A stretch of 64,000 nt of DNA from Octopus vulgaris (taxonomy: Eukaryota): assembly GCA_951406725.2 (NCBI GenBank), contig OX597836.1, positions 28,706,001 to 28,770,000 of the forward strand. Direction: 5' to 3'. The notes below the pieces were generated by a model, which saw only the letters and a program-made list of their open reading frames with translations, was not told where the DNA came from and ran no database searches. Of the stretch, positions 37,569 through 53,202 are shown one piece after another (positions within the stretch are counted from its first letter, which is position 1; each line of letters starts with the position of its first letter). A program made the translations under genes and the position numbers.

Positions 37569-40500
37569 ATGAAATAGAACATGTATTTAATAATATCTCT
37601 AACTTCACTTCTAGTCTTTGAAATCAGATTAAATTTTAGAATATCCAGTGGTATAGCTGACTTATGAAACAATTATTGACTATTTGGATAAGAAGAATTT
37701 GCCATTAGTTTGGACTATAAGAAAAAATATAATAGACATTTTCCATAGTACTTAACTGCTTTCATAAAGCATTCTGTTTTATCTGTACCACACCAATTCA
37801 GAGTATGATGTTCACAGGATGAAAAAATAGTGTGATTTATTTTCATTAAGAAATATTCTTTTGTATTCCCTTCTAGCTGGCTGTCATCTTGGCGCCCTTG
37901 CCACATATTTCACCTCTACAATTGTTCTATGGAATGCTATTCCTCCTCATTTCCTCTATCAGGTTTGAAATCTGAAAACGTGTTTTCTCATGAGTACCTT
38001 CAAAAGAGAGAAATATCTCTTCAATCTTAAATTCACACAATCTATACTTTGAAGGTATCATATGGTAAATGTTGCTTATTTCATATGTGCAGAATTAGGT
38101 GTTGTATTAACTATTATTATTATTGAATAGTAAATGGTGACAAGCTAGCAGAGTCATCAACATACTAGATAAAATGCTTAGCAGCATTTCTTCTAGCTTT
38201 ACATCCTGAGTTCAAATTCTGCCAAGATCAACTTTACCTTTCATCCTTTCAGGGTCAATAAAACAAGACCAGTTAAGTACTGGGGATGATGTGATTGATT
38301 TACTCTCTCCTCCAAAATGTCAGGCCTTGTGCCTATAGTAGACAGAATTATTGTTGAATAGTATTTTACCGTTGAATTTTCAGAAACTTTGTTTTAAAAC
38401 AAGATCATAACAAAGAGAAGTAAAATTATTTTATGATTTTGTGACTTACAACATTTCTTCTTTTTTTTTCTGGCTCACTTTGGCCTTCCTAATGTAGGTT
38501 CAAGTACAGGATCTCAATGAGACAAACTTAAAGTACAAGGAAGCTACAGTTGTCAACATTGACAATCATATGAGAACTACCTCAGAATACAAAACTATGT
38601 TTATCCAAAAATAAAATGTCAATTAGATGGCATAAAATAAGATTCTAGATATTTTAGCCTCCTCTGGTTGAGTTCGTTTTTGTAAAAAAAAATATTCCAT
38701 TCAGGTGTAAGCTGTGTTGTAAGTATAATAGTTTGCTTCTCAGTCCCATGGTTCTGGGTTCAGTGCCACTGCGTGACATCTTGGACAAATGTCTTCTATT
38801 ATAACTCCAGTGAGTGGATTTATAACTTGTGAGTGGATTTGGTAGGCAGAAACTGGAAGAAACATGTGTGTGTATGTGTCTTAATGTCTTTTTGAATTGA
38901 CTTTGTGTGATAGTTGTGAGTATCACTGTCATGCAAGCAGTTTATTTCCAGTCTTCCATGAGACCACAACGAAGTATCCTCTTTCTTGGAAACAGTTAAG
39001 GGTTGGCAATAAGAAGAGCAACCAGCCATAGAAAGTCTATCTCATCTAATTCCATTCAACCCAAGAAAGCATGGAAAAGTGGACATTAAAATGATGATGC
39101 ATCTGTTTGGATGAATTCATAGTTCAGTTTATGCTAGTTACAACATTCATGCTCAGGAATTTTGTTGTATAATTTTCTCCATCTATTTACTGCAGACCTT
39201 CTACTCTTTTGTGTTGAAGCTGATGCATCAACTCTGCCTTTACAAAGAGTCAACACAGTAAACAAAATATGTCTTCTGTCTTAATACTTCATTCCAATCA
39301 ATCCCTCCTACCATCACCCCAGACAGTCAGCTATTTTAATTTCTATCTTTAAAGCTGCCAGCTGGAAAAGATTACTTCTCATTATCACTTGAAAATACTT
39401 CAGGCAAGGAAAAAAATGTTCTTTCAGCATATATTGTCTGCAATTTTTTCTAAAAAAGAATTAATATCACACCAGTCCAGTGTATTATTGGTATGTCCTT
39501 TTTCCTGACTTGGTTTTAAGCTAGTGCTATTCAGGGTGGTTTATTTGACCATTCCCAATGTTAGGTCAAAGGTATTCTGTGTGGTTTATTTGGCCATTGT
39601 AGATGGTTGTTAGATCTGGTATTTTGTGTGGTTTATATCGACAGTGCAAATGGTGAGGTCAATTGTATTTGTCACTTGGTTTCTTTGAACTAAGGCCTCT
39701 ATCCAGTGATGAAGTCTTCCTGTTTATCTCTTGGTTTTTCTCTCATTCCCTTTCATGACTCCTGCTTATACATTGCACTGATATGATTGAAACATGAAAT
39801 AAAATTCTTACTTGAAATTCTTACTTGAAACATGAAATGAAATTCTTACTGTAAAGGATTGTAATAATAAGGTTATAATTTTGAAACCAGATTTAAATAT
39901 TGGTTCAACCAAAGGTACATCCTATTGCAAACAAAATTATTGTTACTCAGTCCTCTGGAAGTCATAATGTGCAGTTTGCTAATGGGATGTATGTGAATGA
40001 CAACTGTTGAATGTATAGAGATAAAGAGAAGGGGAGAGGGAGAGAGACTGAGGGAGAAAAAGAGAGTTTGTGTACATGCGTGTTTTCAATAATTGTTTTT
40101 TATTTATGCTAAGGTCAGTAATTTTTAGTGAAGAGAATTAGAAAAATACCTTGTTATTTCAAGCATATAAGTTTTCTCTGTCCCCTATCTACCATAAATA
40201 TCACCAGTGTCATCACAACTAACATTATTAGTATTATCTTCAAACCATGACTATAACCATCATTACTGCTGCTGCCCTGCCCCGCCCTTGCCTTTATGCT
40301 TCACTGTACCCAATACTAAGTTCTACAACTATGTCAACCAGGAAGAGCAAAGGGATCACGTGGCAATCATCAACAATCTAACATTACATGAACCCAAATT
40401 TGGATAGTGTACATTCTTGACCTAAAAAAAAAAAACATACAAAGGCATGTATATATGAAATATGAATCAGTTGGTAGTTTTTTGAGATTATAAGAGTTGT

Positions 40501-41582
40501 GCAAAGTTTTCAAGAAATTTACTCTGGTAGCCATTGTATACGAGACTTCACTGGTCTCTTTGCCTTCTTGTTCTTCTCTGAGCTGCTTACATAAGATTTG
40601 TAGCTTTGTGTCTTAAGTACGTTTTAAATATGTAGCAGGGCAAGTACAACTACCAACCCAAGCATGTCACCTTCACACTATAACCGGATACTAGCAACAC
40701 TACAGAACAGCATATGCAGCCAGCTATCAAATTCAATAGATATAAACAGATCTGCTATAAATAGATGTCAAGTTTTTGTGAAACCACACCTTGCCATGTA
40801 AAAATTTTTTTAAAGGATATGGTAGCAGAAAATTAACAGTGTGGTCATAGCTGGAACACTTTTGATCATAGACCTGAATCAGGCTGATTCAGAGTGTCAC
40901 TCTGAATCAAGTGTCAGAGGGCTCAGCACCATGATAGACATACCACATAAACAAAAAATAAAAGTACTTAGAATTCCACCTCTACAACATACACACAACT
41001 CCATAAAATAGCAAAAACCAAAATAGCATCCACTTTAAAAACACTCACAAGGCAAAATTATTTATGAATTGAGTGCGAATAGTTTATTATTCACACGACT
41101 GAAATCAGGAAGCATTGTTACAATACATAAACTAAAATTTTGGTAAATGTGAGTAGTCATCAGTACAACAAGAATTGATTGCTTGCTGAAAGGGTTACAC
41201 AATATGTCCCACATTCAAATGTTGAATTGTTATGCATGGAACAGGTGATATTTTCATCATTTCACATGCAGAAAAGCATGCTATTTCCATGTCTTCAATA
41301 CTTTGTGTATAATGCTCACAAAGTAGGGAAAGCAGTTTGCAATTCTGCCAGCTTGCCACCTCCTATCATCATAATGATAAGAATTGATAATGTTTGGTTC
41401 TTAGTGGTTGTGTGAGGGACAAATCACCTGGTTTGAATGGTCCACTCTCTGAGAATCATTTAAAAAGACATATTTTCCCTCTCTTGGCAGATGTCTATTA
41501 CAACTTTTAGTAGACAGGGGACATTCCTAACAGACAGTCAGACAGACAAACAGACAGACAGATAGATAGATAGATAAATAGT

Positions 41583-41677
<95 letters not shown>

Positions 41678-42203
41678 GTATCTGTTAGGTGAGTGAACCC
41701 TACCACCTAACAGACCTCAGAGGACACACAAGCACTTACTCATACATTATCATCTTCATCATCATCATCATCATCATCATTTAACGTCCATTTCCCAAGC
41801 TGGCATGGGTTGGATGGTTTGAACAGGTTAGCATGTTGGAAGGCTGCAACAGACTCCAGTCTGATTTGGCATGATTTTCGACAGCTGAATGCCCTTCCTA
41901 ATACCAACCACTCTGAGTATGCAATGGGTGCTTTTTACACGCCACCAGCATGGGTGCCATTTGTATGACACCAGTATCTGCCACAACTGTGATTTTGCTC
42001 AGCTTCATGGGTCTTCTTCTTAAGCATGACATAATGCCAAAGGCCTTGGTCATTGCCTCAATGAGGCCCAACACTCGAAAGGAACTTAGCCACTTTGTGT
42101 CTATTCCTTTTATTTTATCTTTTTCAGTCAAATATCATTGCTGGACTTATTTCACTTAAACAATCCTCTCTATTATATATATGTATATGTGTGTGTATGT
42201 ATG

Positions 42204-42260
<57 letters not shown>

Positions 42261-42272
42261 GAGAAAGAAAGA

Positions 42273-42500
42273 GAGTTAAATGCAGGTGTTATTCAAATTC
42301 AGAATTTGAATAACACCTGCGTTTAACTCCATTTATTTATTTATATATATTATATGAAATATTTCACGTAAACCCAAAGTTTTTATCTTTAAAAACAAAG
42401 AGTTACAATCTTTTTACTTGTGTGATTTTTTGCTACCCTGGTAACTATTTACCTATTTTTTCCGTGTTAATTGTTAACAAGAGAAAAATACACACATCTG
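42273..42500. mobile_element. Short copy of the 45570-46550 Penelope-like family tail, with a small 5' hairpin
   Basis: Hairpin at 42273-42329; 42305-42500 aligns with 46357-46550. Confidence 0.7.
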
Positions 42501-42676
<176 letters not shown>

Positions 42677-42791
42677 CTATATACTGAACCTTACAAAGGT
42701 CCTGACAATTAATTTGTCGTATTTACATACCGAAATTTACCGGTAAATAATTGTTGGTTACATGAAAAACCACAGGAAAATTATTTACCAT

Positions 42792-44372
<1,581 letters not shown>

Positions 44373-44375
44373 ATG

Positions 44376-44464
<89 letters not shown>

Positions 44465-44469
44465 GTATA

Positions 44470-44609
<140 letters not shown>

Positions 44610-45621
44610 TATATACATATATATGTGTGCATGTTAAAAGCGTTGTAGTTCACTTGAAGTATTATAGTGAAAAAAACAGGCACTCCGTCACTTGCAACAA
44701 CAAGGTTTCCAGCTGATCCAATCAACAGAACATCTTGCTCATGAGATTAGCATGTAAGTGACATCACGGACACACATACCCCTTCATATACTTCTCAGGG
44801 AAATTTAACATGACACAAAGTATGACAAGACTGGCCCCTTGAAAAACAGGTACTACTCATTTTACCCAGCTGAGTGGACATGAAATAACATGCTTTGCTC
44901 AAGGACACAACACGCCACCAGGAATCGAACTCATAACCCTATGATCACGAGCCAAATACCCTAACCACTAAGCCATGCACCTTCACAATATTGTAGTAGA
45001 GAAGTAGAATATAAAAAGGTTTTTTTTCAACTTACATTTCTGCATTGTTAAAAGCTTTCCTGATTTCCCATGAAAAGGGAAATGAGGTAAGCTTCTAACA
45101 ATGTGGAGCTGAAAGTTGAAAAAACCTTTTTATATCCTGGTGCAAAGGCCCATCTTCAGAAGTGTATAGTCAAAGAGATATGTTTCTATCATTGATCCTA
45201 CCATTTGGATAGCTGGGTGGGAAGTGACCTGGTTTTAGCCTGGTGCTTGTGCTAGTAGTAGCAGCCCCACAAAAGATGGAACAACACCATCATTTGTATT
45301 AATAATTCTTGGGAGCTATTGTACCACTAGGAAGAATTCAAAAAATATGTTTGAAATGAATAAACTTACAAGTCTAATAATTAAATTTGTAGCAAGGAAC
45401 TATAAATAATTACAATTCAAAATCAGTAGTTCATATTTCCTCAGACACACATACACACACATGTTGAGGTGCAGGACTTAGTGGTTAAAATATTAGACTT
45501 ATGATCATAAGATTGTAATTCCTGGACCAGGTGATGGGTTGTGAATTCCTGCAATGGACTGGAGATATATATGAATATAAATAAAAAAATGAAGTTAACG
45601 CAGGTGTAATCAAATATTTTT

Positions 45622-45707
45622 ACTTTCGACACATGTTTCGAAAATTCCACTGATACTATTCAAAAGAATAAATGGTATAAACAATGCAATCTTCTCCTCA
45701 GGAAAGT
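45622..45707 (-). ncRNA. Mirror copy of the intact hammerhead, on the host-gene sense strand
   Basis: Reverse complement of 46266-46351. Confidence 0.8.
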
Positions 45708-46265
45708 GAAAAAAACGAAACTCGTCAATAAGACATTTTAGCAAAAAATGATGGATTTGTATAGCGATAGACAGAACGCTATTAATATTGTTTAAAAAAA
45801 CGTTATATGATATAACGTCATAAGTAGCTAACAGAAAGAGTAGGGATATTAATAGATATTAAAAGACCACAATGAACAATTTCATTTAGAATGGTTGATT
45901 CTCTCAATTTCGATACCATATGACAAAGGCAAGAAATTCTGTCTTCTCTGCAATTCTGAGCTATTTTTCATTATTTTTTCTAAAAATACTCTAGTAAACA
46001 CGGTTATAGAGCGAGCATACAGATGTAAGCATTGGCAAAAGCATACATTTAGTGCATATAAGTAGTCTCTATCATTATATATAATTTAAACTTTAATTTC
46101 CTTTATATCTAACATTCACTATTAATATCCTTACTCTTTCTGTTAGCTACTTATGACGTTATATAATATAAGGTTTTTTAAACAATATTAATAGCATTCT
46201 GTCAATCGCTATACAAATCCATCATTTTTTGCTAAAATGTCTTATTGACGAGTTTCGTTTTTTTC

Positions 46266-46351
46266 ACTTTCCTGAGGAGAAGATTGCATTGTTTATACCA
46301 TTTATTCTTTTGAATAGTATCAGTGGAATTTTCGAAACATGTGTCGAAAGT
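46266..46351 (+). ncRNA. Type I hammerhead ribozyme (apparently intact)
   Basis: actttc-CTGAGGA-gaagattgcattg...cagtggaattttc-GAA-ACATGTGT-C-gaaagt. 6-bp stem I, ~13-bp stem II, self-complementary stem III; predicted cut after C46345. Confidence 0.8.
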
Positions 46352-47789
46352 AAAAATATTTGATTACACCTGCGTTAACTCATTTTTTTATTCATATTAT
46401 TCAAAATATTCAACGTAAACACGAAGTTTCTACCTTTATAAACAAGGAGTTACAATACCTTTACTTGTGAGATTTTTGCTGCCCTGGTAACTATTTATTT
46501 ATTATTTTTTTTCCGTGTTAATTGTTAACAAGGTAAAAATACACTCATCTATTTATATATGAATATATATATCATGGGGGAGCAGCTAAGTTGATTTTAA
46601 ATTTTGCACAAGACCAGCTATTTTGGGGAAGGGGCTAAGTTGATTACATCAATATATATGATATGTGTATATATATATATATTTATATATTTATATATAT
46701 TTATATATATTTATATACAGATAATTAAAATAAGGACTCGAATTAGGCAATCAACTTTTCTTTATAAATGCAAACATAGTTATAAGTTCAATTTCAAATA
46801 TATATATATCAATACATATCGACATATAATATATAAATGCAAAAGCTAATTTCTGTGTGTCAGTGTGTCACACTTTACCCCTCTCTCTCACTATTCAATG
46901 AGACTTCTACTAATGTTCATATTGGGGTGAAAATAATAGTAGGCATAGAAATAGTGAGGGCACTGGTGAAAACAGAGAGAGGGGGGGAGAAAAAGAGAGG
47001 GAGAGAAAGAGAGACAAAGAAATTTAGGGAGAGTTGATGATGCTTTATTAAAAGTAATAGTGTTGATGGTAGCAGTAGGATAATAATAAGAGAGAGTGAA
47101 AGTGAGGGTATGTGAGAGAAAGAGACACTGAACACTGAACTAACATACTGAATGAACACACACATTTAGCCTTTTTGTGATGGTAATGGGGTGATAGTAA
47201 TAGTATGAGCTGTAGTTGTGATAGAGGCAGAGGCGGCAGTAATGATGGTGGTGGTGGTGGTGGTGGTGGTAGCCAAAGCTGTCAGGGATGATGCTGAGAG
47301 TAAATGACGTGAAAGACAGCGGTGATAGTAGTGGAGTGGAAGACAGCGAAATCAAAGATATTGATGGTGGTGGCATCAGAAGTCTGGATGCTGTGTGTAT
47401 GGCGGATGTGGTGGTGATGGTGGTGGTACTGTTGTTTATCATGCAGTTTTGCAATAAGTTCCAAGTCGACAAATTATATCAATATTTTGATGAAAATTGT
47501 TCATTGCTTGAAAAATATTGCTCAAGCTTAATAAAATTTAATATGTACTCAATGCATGATAAGACTGAGAATACTGAACATTTGAACGATTAACTGTTTG
47601 ACCAAAGTGTTTAACATATGAGTTTGAAAAACTAGTAAAAAATGGCTAATTGATTAATTAGTTATCAGAGTAACTAACCCATTAACTAATAATAGCAATA
47701 AAGGACCGAACCAGTGCATGTGTTTATTATTACCAGTATAATGCCCCTCCCAAGGTTCAATAGTACATATATGCTCTTACTCATTTCAC

Positions 47790-48190
47790 TCTTTTACTTG
47801 TTTCAGCCATTTGACTGTGGCCATGCTGGAGCACCACCTTTTAGTCGAGCAAATCGACCCCAGGACTTATTCTTTATAAGCGTAGTACTTATTCTATCAG
47901 TCTCTTTTGCCGAACCGCTAAGTTACGGGGACGTAAACACACCAGCATCGGTTGTCAAGCGATGTTGGGGGGACAAACACAGACACACAAACATATACAC
48001 ATACATATATATATAGATATATACGATGGGCTTCTTTCAGTTTCCGTCTACCAAATCCACTCACAAGGCTTTGGTTGGCCCAAGGCTATAGTAGAAGACA
48101 CTTGCCCAAGGTGCCATGCAGTGGGACTGAACCTGGAACCATGTGGTTGGTAAGCAAGCTACTTACCACCCAGCCACTCCTACGCCTACA
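47790..48190 (-). mobile_element. tRNA-derived SINE family A (full length)
   Basis: Head ggtaagtagcttgcttaccaaccacatggttccaggttcagtccc and tail ctccagcatggcc..ctgaaacaagtaa. Other copies or fragments at about 11215-11430, 21300-21487, 21890-22090, 23850-24225, 26355-26790, 32950-33275, 38730-38865, 59905-60050, 60720-61140 and 63430-63805. Confidence 0.85.
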
Positions 48191-48722
48191 TATATATGTA
48201 TGTATGTAAGTACGTATGTATGTATATATATGTGTGTGTGTGTGTGTGTATACATACTTACATGTGTGTGCATATGTATGTCTTTTAGATAAAAAAAATG
48301 TATAGAAAGAAAGAAAAAAGGGTAGGAAATAAAAGAAAAGAAAGACAAAGAAAAGGGATAGATTGATACACATCAGTCGATTCTATTTTTTTTACCCTTT
48401 TGTTTCCTTCACATTATTCCCATTTTCATTTTCCTTCTATCCATTCTTTCTTTAAAATTTACATATTGTGTTCATTCATTTGTGTGCATGTGTACTTGCA
48501 TGTGTGTCTCCATGTGTGTATGTGGATGCGGATTGGCTTACGTGACTTTATGTATTAGCAGATTAGCACTTGCGTGTTAATATGCAATTTTTTCCATGTT
48601 CACATTTATTGAGTTGCCATTTTGGCATTATTCACTAATGTCTAGGATCTTTTACTTTACACATACAAACATGCATATGTATATATATATGTGTATATAT
48701 ATAGTATATATATATATATATA

Positions 48723-49040
48723 TAATAAAATATTAGGGAATAAATCCAAACTTACAGGGAAAAATCAGATTTAGGATTGAATCCAATTTTATAGTAAAAT
48801 ATTATATTATATTAAATTAGAGATAAAACCACTATTAGGCAAATCAAACAATGAAAAACTTAAGCCAATACATAAAATTAATCAATTTATATTATTTTAA
48901 ATATATATCAAAATTATTAAAAGTTTAATAAAAGATAATGAGTAAAACACTACGATCGTTTCATGGCTGTCCATCATCATCATCATCATCATCGTAATAA
49001 TTCGACTTATGGTTACAGTTATGGTTACAGTCAATCTCTA
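48723..49040. mobile_element. Second copy of the 25692-26258 element
   Basis: Near-identical to 25692-25980, with a (CAT)n insertion in the hammerhead stem II region; between (TA)n tracts. Confidence 0.8.
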
Positions 49041-49414
49041 ATTTAATATAATATATATATATATATATATATATACATATGCATATACACATACATATAT
49101 GTATACATATATATATATATGTATGTATGTATGTATATACATGCATACATACATACATACATACATACATACATACATACATACATACACACACACACAT
49201 AAGAAACAAATTAAAAATAATGGTCATTACATATTTTTCCTTTATTGGACCAAATTTGATCTACAGCTGTTTCAGTAGTCATTATAGGTTCATTACTGAT
49301 AAGTTTACTCAGTTGGTCTATTGATCAATTGAGGAAATGTGAACAACCTAAGAAAATTAATGCTACAATGATGTTCCAGCTTTGACCACCCTGGCTTTTA
49401 TTTAAACATATATG

Positions 49415-49468
<54 letters not shown>

Positions 49469-49722
49469 AATATAAGAGAGCGACCACTATGTGGTCTACT
49501 CTAGCACTAAAAATAGATCCATTGGGCTTCAGCCACATAAAAAATGTCTCCGATGAATATTAGCACAACTACTGGCGCAGACAGGGCAAATAAACATAAC
49601 AAAAATTCAAATTAATGAAAATCCGGGTTTTATATGCACTAAGCCACTAGGTGTTAAATGGATGTACTATTAAATTAGTATAAAAATTTCTCGCCCTTAT
49701 TGGTTGTTTATATATATATGTA

Positions 49723-49791
<69 letters not shown>

Positions 49792-50006
49792 GTGGTGAGT
49801 GAAATGTGTAATTTACTTTTCAAACTAAGTTCTTTTTCCCCCATTTCATAGCCCGTCTGTAATGCTTTCATTTGATTAGTTGATGGGAAAGGCGAAGAGC
49901 GAAAGACAAAGGAAAGAGAAAAAGAGGATAAGGTGAAAAGTGAGAGAAAAAGATGGAGAGTGCTGTGTATAAAGTCTATAAAATTGTGCATAAAGTATAT
50001 GGAGTG

Positions 50007-50037
<31 letters not shown>

Positions 50038-50453
50038 CATTAAATAATCATCGTATTCCAATTTCCTTTACTTTTCAATGATTAGTGGATGAGCAACTGT
50101 CTTTTGATACAGACACAACACAGACTACATTTCCAGGTTTTTTGGATAAAGTTTTCGGAAATAACCCAATAATTTTACCATTAATTCCATGAAATATTCA
50201 CGGATCTTTCTAGTTGTTTCTAATTTAGGCACAATAATAGCAATTTTTTGTTAGAGTGCTGTTCTAGCTGATTACTTGCACTCCAGTACCTGAGTAGTAC
50301 TTTAGTTTCTCAGGTTTGAGGGACAAAAAAACTTCCACCTCAACAGGATCAGAATGTAAAGACTGCCCCAAAAATACAGTAATGCATTTTGTCCAACGTC
50401 CAAACAAATCTGCCAATTAAAAAAAACCATGTTATGGAAGAAAAGTAACTTAC

Positions 50454-50724
50454 CTTGGCCAGAAAAATAAATGGCCACGACAATTCCAGCAGCAACGCCT
50501 ATCACCACAAGTAGAATTCCAAAAATTATTAGAAACTTCTTGCAATTGTGGCCGTTGGAAGAATAATCTGAAGGCATGTCATCCCAGTCATTGTTACTCT
50601 CTCCAGAAAATAAAGTTTGCTTCTGTGTGTTTGGCCAGGTGCGCTGCAGCCGACTCACCAGTTCTGGCTGATAAGCCAAGTTGTCGTATTGAGGGCCCCA
50701 TTCTTTGTCAGCTGCATTTGAATA
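50454..50724 (-). CDS. Exon A of a type II transmembrane SEA-domain protein (cytoplasmic tail + TM helix)
   Basis: Acceptor ctttttcctttggcag and donor G|gtaagt; 271 nt, phase 0 to 1. Encodes YSNAADKEWGPQYDNLAY...NCKK-FLIIFGILLVVIGVAAGIVVAIYF-SGQ. Basic residues before a ~24-aa hydrophobic helix suggest type II topology. Joins in frame to the downstream exons. Confidence 0.9.
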
Positions 50725-52159
50725 CTGCCAAAGGAAAAAGAAAGAAATGGTAAAGAAAAATTCAATCATCAACATCATCAAAATCATCATCATCATTACC
50801 AAAACTACCACCACCATGGCACCCCTCTCATCATTGTCATAATCATCATCACCAGCATCATCATCATCATTATCATTATCATCATCATCTACATAACAAC
50901 AACAGAGGAGCAGCATCAAAGAGGTCTTAACAAGGTTGCATGAATCTGTTAAAAATAGCAGCCAATATTCCTTCAAATCATATTCTACTATTTCAGAAAA
51001 AGAAGGATACACTCTATAGTGTAGTCCTGAAAATATGGCTGTAGCTGAAATGCAAGCAAGAGTAGACCTTGTCGATCAGGTCAGACCTGGGACGAAGTAA
51101 CAACAAAAATGCCTCCCAAACACCCTTTCTACATCCTTACATAAAATATTGTGCATGTGCATATGTGTGTGAGTGTGTGCTGTGTGTATACATGAGTCTA
51201 TATGTGTGTGAAGACCTGTGTGTGTGTCTATGTATGTGTATGTAGGTGTGTATATGAGGAAGTGAACATGTGTGTATGTGCATGTGCACACATACAAATA
51301 TGTGAGTGTATGTACATGCGTGTGGATATGTTTGAATATGTATCTGTGTCTACATAGTGTGTGCAGGTGTTTACGTATGTATGAACTTATATACATACAT
51401 GCTTGTTTAAAACTAATCTTTCACTGTTGCTAACTGGAATTTTTTGCCTTGTCATTTTAGTCAGAATACAAAAACCTGTCAAAGGACAGATGAACTCTGT
51501 AGAGTCAATGGCCATCCAACAATTGGAAGGGAGACTTTCAATTTTTGTTTAGACATCACTCTAAGAGAAGGAAAACTCTACTGTAAAATCTGCAACTTCA
51601 TTTGTATCCAATGATAAAGATTAGTTACTCTTTTGGAGAAAATGCATACATTGTTTAGAGAGTGGGATTGGCCTTGCACAAGACTTTTCCTTACTTTAAA
51701 AAGCTTCAGACACAGGCATCGCTTGATTGTTAACACCTCTTGTATGTGTTTCAAACTATGGCTGGATATAACCGAAAAAAAGGCCAAACACTTGAAGAAA
51801 AATTACACGATGGAATGAAGGGATGTGTTAGTATGGGTGATAAGTTCTCAGAATACTTGCTGCAAGAGGTATCCATCGTTGCAACATCTGAGCTAAAGAG
51901 TATAGGCTGCTAGCAGGACTGAAAAGTCACATTAGTGCTGCTCATGTCTAAGAGAAAAACCAAATGATGATGTTGCTCAAAACTGAGCTGCAGTTTATCA
52001 TGTATGTATGTATGTATGTATGTATGTATGTATGTATGTATGTATGTATGTATGTATGTATGTATGTATGTATGTGTGTGTGTGTGTGTGTCTGTTTGTG
52101 TGTTTGTGTGTGTTTGTGTATGTATGTAGACATACATACATACATACATACATACATAC

Positions 52160-52505
52160 ACTGACTCTCTTCCTAATTAGTTGGGCTATGACCCTCTCCA
52201 TGACCTTCATTACCTGATCCAACAACTTGATACCTCTGTAATTATTTGTATCTAAAGTGTCACCTTTACCTTTGTAGCAGTTGACTATGGTCCTGCTACA
52301 CCAGTCATTGGGTATGACTCCTTCACGTATCACCTGGTTAAGTTAACTGGTGACTAGGCAATAGCCAACACCGCCAGATATTTTGAGCATCTCTGAGGTG
52401 ATTCCTGATGGGCCTGGGGCTTTCCCTGTCTTCATACTCCTAATTGCTTTATCTACCAAGGTACTGCCAATTCGGATAGCTGGTCCCTCTGTTGGGTCGA
52501 CATTC
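52160..52505 (-). mobile_element. RTE LINE RT fragment
   Basis: IPNDWCSRTIVNCYKGKGD..DTNNYRGIKLLDQVMKVMERVI. Confidence 0.8.
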
Positions 52506-52602
52506 GGCAGACTCTCCTTCTCTCATTCATTCTCTTTATTGAGCAACCTTTCATAGTGGCGTCTCCACGCATATATATATACATATAAATATATGCATAT
52601 AA

Positions 52603-52634
<32 letters not shown>

Positions 52635-52698
52635 GCATGTATGCATACATAAAATTATAAATACATATAAAATATGGAATTTAATATATGTATGTATA

Positions 52699-52741
<43 letters not shown>

Positions 52742-52746
52742 GTATA

Positions 52747-53112
52747 CTAGCAGTATCACCCGGTGTTGCTTGGGTTTGTTTCGACCCTTTAGAATTGAAA
52801 TTTTTGAAAAGTAAAAATCTCTTCAAGTGAACATTTTTCCAGTTGAAATACACCAAAAAATGGTGACACAGCAGTCAAAAATCGTAAAAAATAGGGATTT
52901 TCATAGAAAAAAAGCACCTTTTTGATGTGAATAATTTTCGGTGTTAACATGGTCCGATTTGAATTTTATCTTCTACAGAATGAAGAGCAAGCCTTCCTCT
53001 ATCATACTCTCAATTTTGGTCAACTTCCACTGCAGGGTCTCGAAGGAGATAGTGTTAGTTGAAGGCTACCAAACCCGCCACACACAGACAACTTCAGGTT
53101 TATATATATAGA
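52747..53112 (-). mobile_element. Non-autonomous Helitron
   Basis: Similar 3' hairpin and CTAG end to 5112 but a different interior; 5'-TCTATATAT end; A|T site. Confidence 0.75.
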
Positions 53113-53202
53113 TTTGCTACACACTACTTTCCATCCTTAATAATGAAACTTGGTAGATCCAAAAGTTAAACACACAGACACACAAGTTTGAGTTTTATAT
53201 AT

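Larger units (their letters stand above)
45570..46550 (+). mobile_element. 5'-truncated Penelope-like element with inverted pLTR and hammerhead
   Basis: Arms about 45570-45855 / 46119-46400. The spacer encodes LKDHNEQFHLEWLIL...PYDKGKKFCLLCNSE...LVNTVIERAYRCKHWQK*, a PLE endonuclease C-terminus. Confidence 0.85.

Noticed and set aside
50725-51012. N-terminal part of the 236-aa ORF 50302-51012 (poly-D, poly-M)
   Set aside because: It is a translation of an intronic (GAT)n tract; the real exon is bounded by splice sites at 50724 and 50454.
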